Shown here one piece after another: positions 37,150-46,249 of a stretch of 64,000 nucleotides of DNA (its first letter is position 1; every line of letters starts with the position of its first letter). This DNA is from Bacteroidales bacterium (lineage in GTDB: Bacteria; Bacteroidota; Bacteroidia; Bacteroidales; VadinHA17). Made by a program: the position numbers and the translations under genes. Location of the stretch: contig DATKTA010000008.1 of assembly GCA_035531395.1 (NCBI GenBank), positions 13,767-77,766 on the forward strand. The letters run 5' to 3'. The notes beneath the pieces were generated by a model that was given only the letters and a program-made list of their open reading frames with translations, made no database searches and was not told the DNA's origin.

Positions 37150-38394
37150 TTACCTTTGATCAGCTCCTATATCAGTATCTCTTTTACGTTTCTGGTGATC
37201 AATATCATCAGAAATGGAGGAGATCATTAAGCCTTTACCCAAAGCTCCGGTCGCATTAGTTGTCAGATGCAGATCTCCGTTAGCAGGATCGACGAAATAT
37301 CCATCCAGATTCCCTGTCAGGTTGCCTTCAGAGCGAACTTCCTCACCTTCGCCATATATCCGTCCGCGAACAAGATTGTTGGCTATATATAAGTTGCTTA
37401 TCTTCTGAAAATAATGGATTGCCGGATATTCTGGATCACGACTGTAGATGGTATTATTACATAGCTGTATATTGTCGGCCCATACTACCTCGATACCTTT
37501 CCCCTGTCTGGCACCGGGCACTATGAAATTATTACATATTATTCCGTCATAATTGTGAAGAGTTCCAGGCTCATAGTATGTGGGTTCTGAGGGATTCCCG
37601 AAAGCTATGCTACGGTCGCATCCAAAGAATATGTTTCTTTCCACAACAATGTTCCGGCTTTGGTTCCAGATGAAAATGGCACCTCGTCCGCCGCCATTGG
37701 CTCCTTTAATGTTCTTAAATATATTGTCCTTAAATACCCAGCTGTTAAGGTACATCATATCGATAGCAGAGATATAATCACCGTTGTAAAGCCATGAAGT
37801 ATCTGGTATCTTATTGTTTTCAAAAAGGCATGAGCTTACTGAACCTCCCTCAAGAAGCTTGCGGTCTTTGGCTGCTGTACCTTTGAAAGCACGTGTTCCG
37901 ATATTTAAGAAGTGACAGCGAAAGATATTGATGTTTTTAAGATTTGATGTGACACTCCTGGTTTCTGTGTCCAGCTTTATACCGTAATGACTGACTTCGG
38001 TGATTGTCAGATCAGCAATAAATATATCCTCAGAATTACGGATTACAATTAAGTCTGCAGGATCATTGTCAATACGTTTTTTCTTATAAAAATCGCCCCA
38101 TCCATCACCAATCAGAATGACACTGGCACTATCTTTTGATGCACTGCACAGAGTTATGTGGGCTTTATTCTCAATCAAAAGAGATTGATCAAACCGGTAA
38201 ATTCCATCTTCAATAAGAATAGTTTCGAAAGGCTCAGCTTTTTGAACGGCCTGACGGAGATCCTCAACAGAAGAAACACTTACGATCTTGCCTGGCCGGT
38301 CAGGATAAGAAGGATCACTTAGGTTGCATCCAGATATTACAGTTACACTAACAACAAAAACCAGAATATTACAGGTATGTTTCAATTTTAACAT
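37150..38394 (-). CDS. Lipoprotein with right-handed parallel beta-helix repeats (pectate-lyase-fold polysaccharide-active enzyme)
   Basis: The lipobox is ISGC. Periodic N-rich turns are visible: NNKI, ERNIFFGC, CNNFIV, CNNTIYS, ANNLVRG. Confidence 0.55.
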   Translation of the reverse strand: MLKLKHTCNILVFVVSVTVISGCNLSDPSYPDRPGKIVSVSSVEDLRQAVQKAEPFETILIEDGIYRFDQSLLIENKAHITLCSASKDSASVILIGDGWGDFYKKKRIDNDPADLIVIRNSEDIFIADLTITEVSHYGIKLDTETRSVTSNLKNINIFRCHFLNIGTRAFKGTAAKDRKLLEGGSVSSCLFENNKIPDTSWLYNGDYISAIDMMYLNSWVFKDNIFKNIKGANGGGRGAIFIWNQSRNIVVERNIFFGCDRSIAFGNPSEPTYYEPGTLHNYDGIICNNFIVPGARQGKGIEVVWADNIQLCNNTIYSRDPEYPAIHYFQKISNLYIANNLVRGRIYGEGEEVRSEGNLTGNLDGYFVDPANGDLHLTTNATGALGKGLMISSISDDIDHQKRKRDTDIGADQR

Positions 38395-38534
38395 TGTTGC
38401 GCTTATTTATTGATCTGTTATTAAAGCAAGGTATCACTTCAATGATTCCTTGGTTTTTTTTTCACAAGTTAATGAACTCTCTTAAATTTGTTTAACTTGA
38501 TATCATAAAAACTGCATTACAAAACAATTGGTTG

Positions 38535-39296
38535 ATGAACAGGTTATTTATCTCAATTCTCCTTACCCATGCTGCTGCCATGTCTTTTACCGGATGCGTT
38601 AATGCTTCAAACAGGCAGCTTTCGGATTATTCAGCTGAAAATAGGGCTTCAGACACTTCTTTTGTTTTGAATGTATTTGAGCCTTCCGGGCTGGCCTTAT
38701 TAACTTCTGGAGATGCCTTATATGTCGTAAGTGACAAAAATGGATCGGTTTACAGGATTGATTTCACGGGGAATGTGCTGGAAAGGCTTCCTTTTAAGGG
38801 TAAAGATCTGGAAGGGATCGATGTAGACAAGACCACCGGGGAGATATGGATTGTTGAAGAAAGTAAACAGAATATCCATCACCTCAGTAAAGATGGAAAT
38901 GAGATTGATAAAATAACAGCTGTTCATTTAGATACGAAAAAAGGTTCGGGATTTGAGGGAATTGCAAAAAATGGTGATACTCTTTACATCCTTATCGAGA
39001 AGGATCCTGGCTTATTGATCAAATATTGTCTCTCTTCGAAAACCTGGAAAGATTATCCTCTTTCATTTGCAAAAGACTATTCAGGTATTGATTATGATAC
39101 GTCTGATAATTCTCTGTGGATAGTAAGCGACGAATCCAAATCGCTTAACCATTGCGATCTTAACGGGAGAGTTATCTCCACTCAGAAAATTAAGGTTCTG
39201 CAGGCTGAGGGTGTGGTGGTTGACCGTAAAGGAAAGTGTGTCTGGATTGTCAGCGATAAGGCACACACACTCTACAGGATCAGACTTAAGATATAG
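38535..39296 (+). CDS. Lipoprotein, possible SdiA-regulated/beta-propeller family protein
   Basis: The lipobox is FTGC. Repeated EGI.xD....IWIV.E / LWIVSDES / VWIVSDKA strand motifs suggest propeller blades. The ATG at 38535 is preferred to the TTG at 38532. Confidence 0.35.
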   Translation: MNRLFISILLTHAAAMSFTGCVNASNRQLSDYSAENRASDTSFVLNVFEPSGLALLTSGDALYVVSDKNGSVYRIDFTGNVLERLPFKGKDLEGIDVDKTTGEIWIVEESKQNIHHLSKDGNEIDKITAVHLDTKKGSGFEGIAKNGDTLYILIEKDPGLLIKYCLSSKTWKDYPLSFAKDYSGIDYDTSDNSLWIVSDESKSLNHCDLNGRVISTQKIKVLQAEGVVVDRKGKCVWIVSDKAHTLYRIRLKI

Positions 39297-39300
39297 AGAC

Positions 39301-39768
39301 ATGGCAAAGGAGATAGAGCGTAAGTTTTTGATTAAAGGAGATTTTAAACCTTTTGTTATCCGGCAGATAAGGATAAAGCAGGGTTATATATCTTCTGTTA
39401 TGGAGAGAAGTGTACGTGTACGGATTAAAGATGATAAAGGATATCTGACCATAAAAGGAGCCGGTTCTGTATCGGGAGCAAGCCGTTTTGAGTGGGAGAC
39501 AGAGATATCTCTTTCCGATGCTGAAGATCTTCTGTCACTTTGTGAACCAGGTTTTATTGACAAAACCCGGAACCTGGTTCCTGCAGGAGATTTTGTATTC
39601 GAGGTAGATGAGTTTCATGGTGAAAACGAAGGACTTGTGATTGCCGAACTTGAACTTAAATCTGAGTCCGATGAGTTCCCTGTACCTGAGTGGCTGGGCA
39701 GGGAGGTAACAGGAGATCTGAGATATTATAATTCAATGCTTATAAAAAATCCCTTTACGAAGTGGTAA
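39301..39768 (+). CDS. CYTH-domain protein (triphosphate tunnel metalloenzyme, CyaB/ThTPase family)
   Basis: The start MAKEIERKFLIKG contains the CYTH ExExK signature. The ATG at 39301 is preferred over the upstream extension at 39211, which overlaps the preceding gene. Confidence 0.8.
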   Translation: MAKEIERKFLIKGDFKPFVIRQIRIKQGYISSVMERSVRVRIKDDKGYLTIKGAGSVSGASRFEWETEISLSDAEDLLSLCEPGFIDKTRNLVPAGDFVFEVDEFHGENEGLVIAELELKSESDEFPVPEWLGREVTGDLRYYNSMLIKNPFTKW

Positions 39769-39775
39769 AGGGATT
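39748..39775. terminator. Hairpin between convergent genes, overlapping the CYTH stop codon
   Basis: The stem is aatcccttta / taaagggatt (10 bp) with an 8-nt loop. The T-tract is weak. Confidence 0.45.
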
Positions 39776-39798
39776 GTTATAATATGATTAGCTGAGCT

Positions 39799-40695
39799 TT
39801 ACGATTTTGCAATACGCATAACCCTGCTTACAGCATCGTCAATCTGTTCCTTACTCTCCAGACCGAGTGTCATGCAATGTACATTACCACTTTTTATAAC
39901 ATATTGAAGTGAAGCTTCTCTCTGTGCGTCACTAACAAGGTCACCCATGCCGAATACCTTCATCCCTATTACACCTTTTCCATTCTTCCGTGCCGTTTCA
40001 AGTACCTTCATTACCTCCTCCGGTGTTCCGTCCATCTTGGGTCCTTTATTGTTGATTCTTGCAAGAAGGACATCCACCCACGGATTGCTGGCTGCTTCTT
40101 TCATGGCATCAAGATCGTGGCAGGAGATACCAACGGTTTTCAGAATTCCCTTTTCCTTGGCCTTTGAGACCTCATCCATATATTTCCTGTATTCGGAGGA
40201 CCACGCTCCGTTGGTCATACAGTGAAGGAGGAAAATGTCAAAATACTCGCTACTGGTTTCTATCCTGAACCTGTCGAGACTTGTCTGAAAAGGCTCTTTT
40301 TTATACCAGCCTTCCTGGTCGTAAACCATAACTTTTGTGAGGATGGAGACATTATCTCTTGGAATAACTTTCAATGCTTCACGTACATATTCATGTGATC
40401 CGTACATATCGGCTGTATCGAAAAATCGTATGCCTCTGTCGTAAGCGTGCTGGGCAAGGTCAACAAATCCTTTATTGCCAAGCCTTGTCTGGTTCGAGAC
40501 ATTTTTCCATCCGGCCGATCCGGTTCCGAGGGCAACACGTGGCACATTGATACCGGTATTTCCAAGTTTTACAATATCAATTGTCTCTGCCGGTGCAGAA
40601 TAGCTATAATTCTTAAGGCCGGAAGAAAGGACAGCAATTCCTGCAAATCCTGCAGCACTTTTCTGAAGAAACTCGCGACGGTTTGTCTTTTTCAT
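39799..40695 (-). CDS. Aldo/keto reductase with a twin-arginine (TAT) signal
   Basis: The N-terminus is MKKTNRREFLQKSAAGFAGIAVL. AKR motifs are GIRFFDTADMYG and ILKTVGISCH. Confidence 0.8.
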   Translation of the reverse strand: MKKTNRREFLQKSAAGFAGIAVLSSGLKNYSYSAPAETIDIVKLGNTGINVPRVALGTGSAGWKNVSNQTRLGNKGFVDLAQHAYDRGIRFFDTADMYGSHEYVREALKVIPRDNVSILTKVMVYDQEGWYKKEPFQTSLDRFRIETSSEYFDIFLLHCMTNGAWSSEYRKYMDEVSKAKEKGILKTVGISCHDLDAMKEAASNPWVDVLLARINNKGPKMDGTPEEVMKVLETARKNGKGVIGMKVFGMGDLVSDAQREASLQYVIKSGNVHCMTLGLESKEQIDDAVSRVMRIAKS

Positions 40696-40913
40696 ATGAA
40701 TCGGTTTTATCGTTATTATCTTTGAAGAGTTAAATTGTTTCAGGTTTCATGTTTCACGTCCGAACCTCGAACCTCAAACACAGATTCGTCCAAATATAAC
40801 TTTTTAACAAATTGGAAAAGCAAAAGGTTCAAAATGCGATGTTTTATGCTATGAATCTACCGTGTAATATCCGGAAAACAGATCCTAAATGGGACAAATG
40901 AATATTTGTTTAT

Positions 40914-40996
40914 CCCCTACGGGGAATCAGGGGATGCTATAAATACATTTTCTACAAATCTGGAACCGCTATGCGGTAAAAAATTGCCGTAGGGCA
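40914..40996. repeat. CCC-TAC-GGG type short hairpin REP-like elements
   Basis: The hairpins are cccctacgggg (40914..40924), accgctatgcggt (40965..40977) and tgccgtagggca (40985..40996). Confidence 0.6.
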
Positions 40997-41023
40997 TCAG
41001 CAATTGTATCAGAATTTTAGAAT

Positions 41024-43525
41024 CTATTGCACATATACAATTTTCCTTGAACCTGAAAATAACCCGGCTGTCATCTTTAACAGATAAACTCCATGTTGCA
41101 GCCCGTTCATATCAATTTCCAAAGTATATTCCCCGGCAGTTCTCATACTGTTTTCAAGGTTCAGAACCTCATTGCCTGATAAATTGAATAATTTCAGGAT
41201 TACATTTTCCTCTTTCGGAATTTCATATTGAACACTTGTTTTGCCGTTAAAAGGGTTGGGATAATTCTGATATAAGGCATATTGGCTTGCATCATCATTT
41301 ACATGTATTGATTCTATCACTGAAATTTCATGGAGCACATCAGGTTCTGATTCAGCTTTGCCGAAATCCGGAGGATAATCCCGGTCGAAACCATAAGCGA
41401 CACCATTTCCGGGAAATCCGCAATACAATACCCCAAAATGATTTTTATCTGCCTCGAATGCATTCAGTCTTGCTGTTATCCCTAACGGGTAATCTCCAAT
41501 TTTTTTCCAGGTATTGCCTTCATCAGTTGAGCGCCACATTCCTCTCTTTTCAGCTATTTTTCCATAAATATAAATGGCAGGATAATCTGCTCCTTCCGCT
41601 TCTTTTCCAAGGCTCACCATCCAGGCCTGAGTTCCGGAGAACTCCTCCCATGTTTCGCCACCGTTTTTAGACCGGTAAAGTGGTTTACTGAGATCTGTTC
41701 CGAGTGCAAGGATCAGGTGTCCCGATTTTCCCTGTACCGACCTCAGTTTAACTTTTCTAATGGCTTCCATTGGCAAGCTGGTGTTTATTAAATCCCAACT
41801 TTCACCTCCGTTTTTTGAGCGGTAAATACCTTTTTCTCTATGATAGATGTAAAATGTACCTGAATCAATTGCATCGGAAGTCAATATATCCTGCCCGCTG
41901 GAAAACCAGTTATGGCCGCCATTACTTGTTTGTGGAAGACTCGCCTGCTTCCATTTTCCACCCCTGTCAAATGAGTAATACGGTAACACATCATCACCGG
42001 GCAGCAAAACCAGATTATTGGGGTTTTGTGCCGAAACAGCAATGTTCCCGTGTACTGCATTGTCGGGCAGATTTTTAAATATGGTCCATGTTTTACCACG
42101 ATCAGTGGAATAACAAGTGACATTATTTTTGCAACAGCTTCTGTGGTCGGCCACTGTGGCTACAATAAAGGATGAGGCTGTTGGACAGTATGCTAAATCC
42201 CATCCGGAATCAAAATCTAATGTAGGGTAATGAACCGAAGGGTAGATTTGAGGGTCTTCAACCCTGAATATGGCCCGGTCCCAGAATCCTGCCAATGGCC
42301 TTCCCCCCGGAGGACTTATAATATCAGTGCTGACCAGTTCCTCAATGCCCTTGCTTACAGAAGTCCATGTTATATTGCTGTCATAAATATCTTCTGAGGT
42401 CCAATTGCCAATACCTTCGCAAATCCATAGTTTTCCCGGAATTTTGGTGTCAAAAAGAACTTCTCCGTTTGAGAACCAGCTTACTTCGGTTTTGCTCAGC
42501 CATGGAATATCTGTTTCTTTTTCCCTGTCCCTGTCGATTTTTGTCCAGGTCTCCCCGCCATTATATGATCTGAATGATCTCCCTGCATAGTCGGTTAAAA
42601 ATATTGTATCGGGATGAATCGGATCAATGGCAATATCTCTTAAAGGATCAGATGATCCGGTATGAATGCGTTTCCATTGATCGTCTGCAAATTTCCATGC
42701 TTCCCGTGCTTCAGCCAATATTGTATAATATACTCCGTCAGCCCCGACTTCGGCATCTTCGAACCGACCATTAGTTACAATTCCATCCGAAATATTATGC
42801 CAGCTCGCACCGGCATCTGTACTTCTGTATATACCTGTATTGTGTACACTTGCATAAATTAACTGGGTTCTATTATTTTTAACTTCCCCGCTATAATCGA
42901 ATACTACTGTACCGATTCCGAATTTTTTGTCATTACCTGCCGGAACCTGTGCTATCGTTTCCCAGGTATCGCCACCATCCAAAGTACGCTTCAGTCCATC
43001 CATATTTGAACCATAATAAACAATATTGCTGTTAGCAGGATCTACGCCAATTCTTTCACCCTGCTGACGACCTTCGCCATTTGGTTCAACATAAACATTT
43101 AGTGCTTTTTTCTCCCATCTGTCACCTTTATTATCGCTGCGATAAAAATTCCCGTTTGCAAAAATCATGTAAACAACATTCTCATCTCCCGGAGCTGAGG
43201 CAATACTTCCCACTCCATAAGCATGTGAATCCCATTCTTTTAAATCGGGCATTCTCAATGTATCAACCAATTGGATCCATGTATCCGACCCTACGTCTAA
43301 CCTGTATGCGCCTCCAACATCTGCACGACAATAAATAACTTTACCATCCTTATGCATGTCCATACCTACTACCCAGCCACCAGCACCAATTTTGACCTGT
43401 TCCCAGCCATAGTTTGGGCTTATATCTTCGAATGTCTGACTTGTCAGGTTCGTGCAATTTGTAATAATAACAGCTAAAGCTATATATGCCGGCTTGATTA
43501 AAGTGAATATTGTATTCCTGATCAT
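41024..43525 (-). CDS. BNR/Asp-box multi-repeat beta-propeller protein (GH74/sortilin-like) with a T9SS C-terminal sorting domain
   Basis: At least 9 Asp-boxes are present, for example SDNKGDRWE, TLDGGDTWE, STDAGASWH, SYNGGETWT, STDRGKTWT, SKNGGESWD and STDEGNTWK. The C-terminus LYQNYPNPFNGKTSVQYEI...LLKM is the T9SS CTD pattern. Confidence 0.7.
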   Translation of the reverse strand: MIRNTIFTLIKPAYIALAVIITNCTNLTSQTFEDISPNYGWEQVKIGAGGWVVGMDMHKDGKVIYCRADVGGAYRLDVGSDTWIQLVDTLRMPDLKEWDSHAYGVGSIASAPGDENVVYMIFANGNFYRSDNKGDRWEKKALNVYVEPNGEGRQQGERIGVDPANSNIVYYGSNMDGLKRTLDGGDTWETIAQVPAGNDKKFGIGTVVFDYSGEVKNNRTQLIYASVHNTGIYRSTDAGASWHNISDGIVTNGRFEDAEVGADGVYYTILAEAREAWKFADDQWKRIHTGSSDPLRDIAIDPIHPDTIFLTDYAGRSFRSYNGGETWTKIDRDREKETDIPWLSKTEVSWFSNGEVLFDTKIPGKLWICEGIGNWTSEDIYDSNITWTSVSKGIEELVSTDIISPPGGRPLAGFWDRAIFRVEDPQIYPSVHYPTLDFDSGWDLAYCPTASSFIVATVADHRSCCKNNVTCYSTDRGKTWTIFKNLPDNAVHGNIAVSAQNPNNLVLLPGDDVLPYYSFDRGGKWKQASLPQTSNGGHNWFSSGQDILTSDAIDSGTFYIYHREKGIYRSKNGGESWDLINTSLPMEAIRKVKLRSVQGKSGHLILALGTDLSKPLYRSKNGGETWEEFSGTQAWMVSLGKEAEGADYPAIYIYGKIAEKRGMWRSTDEGNTWKKIGDYPLGITARLNAFEADKNHFGVLYCGFPGNGVAYGFDRDYPPDFGKAESEPDVLHEISVIESIHVNDDASQYALYQNYPNPFNGKTSVQYEIPKEENVILKLFNLSGNEVLNLENSMRTAGEYTLEIDMNGLQHGVYLLKMTAGLFSGSRKIVYVQ

Positions 43526-43650
43526 ACCTGGTGTTTGAATATAATTATATCGGGAAATCTGCTAAAAATAGTATGTAAGCAGTGCATCAAACAAATATAA
43601 TCTATTTGGCATATAGAATTCTGTACATATCACTTATATGTTGATTTTAA

Positions 43651-44652
43651 TCAGGCAAGCATTATCGCAAGCTTTATTGCCTCCACCATGCTCTTTTCAC
43701 TCGCTTTTCCCTGCCAGGCGATCTCAAATGCGGTTCCATGATCGACAGAAGTTCTTATAAATGGTAGTCCAACAGTTATATTCACTCCAGTACTGAATCC
43801 CAACAGCTTCAGAGGAATATGTCCCTGGTCATGGTACATTGCGACCACAACATCGTAATTGCCATTCATAGCCTTTAGAAACACCGTATCAGGAGGGACA
43901 GGGCCTTCAACAAGGAGACCTTTTGCCTTCAGATTATTTACAGCCGGAGTAATCTCTCTTATCTCCTCATCACCGAATAATCCGTTCTCCCCGGCATGAG
44001 GGTTGAGACCTGCAATAGCTATTCTCGGAACTTTGCCGAGCAGTCTCTTCATAGCCATGTCTGCAAGTTCAGTGACTTTTTCGATTCTCTCTCTTTTTAA
44101 TCCTGTAACTGCCTTTAGAAGAGAGATATGTGTTGAGACATGGATAACACTCAGTTTTTTGTCATACAGCAACATGGCATAATCCTTTGTTCCGGTCAGA
44201 TCAGCCAATATCTCCGTATGCCCTGCATATTTATGTCCGGCCAGGTGAAGGGCCTCTTTGTTAAGAGGAGCTGTTGCAATGGCATCGATCTCTTTTTTCT
44301 TTGCAAGTTCAATGGCTTTTCTGAGACATTCAAATGCAGCTGATCCTGATGCAGTATTCACTTTTCCTGGTTGCAGTTTTCCTTTTATCAGATCAAGGTC
44401 GAGAATATTAAGAATATCCTTATTGTAATTACAATTATCAATTATCTTAACTCTGTTTAATTTGAAAGAGTTTATATTCAGGATGTTAAAGGCAGAATGC
44501 ATAATATTGAAGTCGCCTATAACTACAATTCTACTCTTTCTGACACTTTTATTCTCAAAACTTTTTAATATGATCTCGGGACCGATACCTGAAGGATCGC
44601 CCATTGTAATTCCGATTACCGGTCCGCTTGTTTTTCTCTTATTTTCAGACAT
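43651..44652 (-). CDS. pdxA2: PdxA-family NAD-dependent dehydrogenase/decarboxylase (PdxA2-type, 4-phospho-acid-sugar dehydrogenase)
   Basis: Motifs present are ITMGDPSGIGPEI, GHTE, LNPHAGE and SVDHGTAFEIA. It overlaps the upstream DUF1537 kinase gene by 8 nt. Confidence 0.8.
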   Translation of the reverse strand: MSENKRKTSGPVIGITMGDPSGIGPEIILKSFENKSVRKSRIVVIGDFNIMHSAFNILNINSFKLNRVKIIDNCNYNKDILNILDLDLIKGKLQPGKVNTASGSAAFECLRKAIELAKKKEIDAIATAPLNKEALHLAGHKYAGHTEILADLTGTKDYAMLLYDKKLSVIHVSTHISLLKAVTGLKRERIEKVTELADMAMKRLLGKVPRIAIAGLNPHAGENGLFGDEEIREITPAVNNLKAKGLLVEGPVPPDTVFLKAMNGNYDVVVAMYHDQGHIPLKLLGFSTGVNITVGLPFIRTSVDHGTAFEIAWQGKASEKSMVEAIKLAIMLA

Positions 44653-45946
44653 CTCTTAAATATTTTAAGATTTGAAAAAGGGCATCTTCCTCTCCAAATC
44701 CTCCTGCTTTTGTAACCACAATAAGATCCCTGTACTTTTCGTCGTTGAAATATCCGGATGGAATCCCATGAAGAATCTCATCCCTGACAATTATTCCATT
44801 GACATTCAATGAGTGAAGAGTATTAATTGCTGTATCTCCTCCGGTCAGTACTATTCCTTTCAGGTCGTTACTTCGTATAATTTCAGCTGCCACCTCACCC
44901 AGGAAGCCGGCGATCATATCACTTACCATGAAATCGTCCATGCCAAGTTCATTCCCTTTTGCCAGCCATCTTTTAACTGTGTCTGATGCTGATATGCTTC
45001 TGATTATCAGATCATCACCTGTGGATATCACATCCCTGGCAATATCCAGTACTCTTCTTTTCTCGTTCTCCGTTTGTCCTGATAGAATCATACCCGGATC
45101 AATATCGATCATTTTTATTCCAGGCTCTTTTGAAGCATAATCAACCTGCACGACGGTTGTTTTATTGACACTTCCGGCAATGACAACGCTGCTTTTCTTC
45201 TCTTTATCCAGGTCGATATATATTGCAAGCTTTTCTGCCAGGCCTGAACACCCTGAAAACATCACTTTGCCTTCTATTCCTGCCAGGATGGATGCTACAA
45301 GGTCAAGATCCTCGTCATCCTCAGAATCGATAACTATGATCTGAATTCCGGCATCCATCATTTCATGAAGTTTTGTGATGAAAAGTTGTCTGCCTTCATG
45401 AAGGTCGTTAAAGCTGATCACCCCGGTCTTTTTATCAGTCTGCGCTGATATTATTACCGGGATATATGACTCTTTAACAGGATTTTTTGGGTCACTTGCA
45501 TAATCAGTTTCAGCAAGCAGAACTCCCTTGACATATACATTCCCATTTATGGTAGTTCTGCCGTACAGGGGCAGGGCAGGTACAATAAAAGAATGACTAA
45601 TATCGAGTGAATCCATCAATCCTGAGATCTCGGCACCGGGGTTACCCCGCATTGTGGAATCGATCTTCTTGTATAAGTACTTTATGTTTTCATCCCTTGC
45701 GGCTGAACCGGTTTCAAATGCTTTCCGGTAGGCTTTTTCCTTTTCGTCATACCTGCTCTCGGTATCGACAACAAGCACATCACAGTCTTTCAGGCTTTTT
45801 GAAAGGTTTTCATGACCGGTGATCACAATAGTTTTCAGATTTCTCCTGCTGAACTGGGCGCCTGTGTCCACCGCTCCTGTAAGATCATCGGCTACGACAA
45901 GGATCTTCTCGGATCGTCCTATAGTATCGTGTTTAATTTCAGACAT
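44645..45946 (-). CDS. Four-carbon acid-sugar kinase family protein (DUF1537; OtnK/DtnK-like)
   Basis: The N-terminus ILVVADDLTGAVDTGAQF and the C-terminus LTGGDTA...VTKAGGFG are hallmarks of DUF1537. Confidence 0.8.
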   Translation of the reverse strand: MSEIKHDTIGRSEKILVVADDLTGAVDTGAQFSRRNLKTIVITGHENLSKSLKDCDVLVVDTESRYDEKEKAYRKAFETGSAARDENIKYLYKKIDSTMRGNPGAEISGLMDSLDISHSFIVPALPLYGRTTINGNVYVKGVLLAETDYASDPKNPVKESYIPVIISAQTDKKTGVISFNDLHEGRQLFITKLHEMMDAGIQIIVIDSEDDEDLDLVASILAGIEGKVMFSGCSGLAEKLAIYIDLDKEKKSSVVIAGSVNKTTVVQVDYASKEPGIKMIDIDPGMILSGQTENEKRRVLDIARDVISTGDDLIIRSISASDTVKRWLAKGNELGMDDFMVSDMIAGFLGEVAAEIIRSNDLKGIVLTGGDTAINTLHSLNVNGIIVRDEILHGIPSGYFNDEKYRDLIVVTKAGGFGEEDALFQILKYLRDV

Positions 45947-46013
45947 TTAATTTATCAATATTCTTAATATAATTCCTGATTATATTTTAAGTGAATATTT
46001 ATTATTTGAGTTT

Positions 46014-46182
46014 GGGATTCCTCATTCTGCCGCTTTCAGCGGCATCATTCGGAATGACATTTTTCTATTTTTTAGTGGGAGAAGTTATGGAGATTTGCTA
46101 TTGCAAATCTCCATAACTTCTCCCTTATTGACCAAAGAACGTTGTCATTCCGAGTTCCGCGCCAGCGGGACGAGGAATCTCC
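46014..46182. repeat. Composite three-hairpin palindromic element, second copy
   Basis: The left arm is 46014..46059. The central hairpin is a perfect 22-bp stem, gggagaagttatggagatttgc (46077..46098) paired with 46103..46124, around a 4-nt loop. The right arm is 46141..46182 (tgtcattccgagttccgcgccagcgggacgaggaatct). Confidence 0.8.
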
Positions 46183-46249
46183 TCCTTTTTACTCCAATTT
46201 TTTTCCATCATCATCAGTAATTCATGTTGTATAACATATTTTTGTAGGG

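Noticed and set aside
39211-39300. N-terminal extension of the CYTH ORF
   Set aside because: The extension overlaps the 3' end of the preceding gene. The CYTH signature (EIERKF) starts immediately after the ATG at 39301.
43651-44652. PdxA of vitamin B6 biosynthesis
   Set aside because: The gene overlaps a DUF1537 acid-sugar kinase gene and lies next to a GntP permease. That context is characteristic of catabolic PdxA2 enzymes, not of the pdxA-ksgA/surA biosynthetic context.
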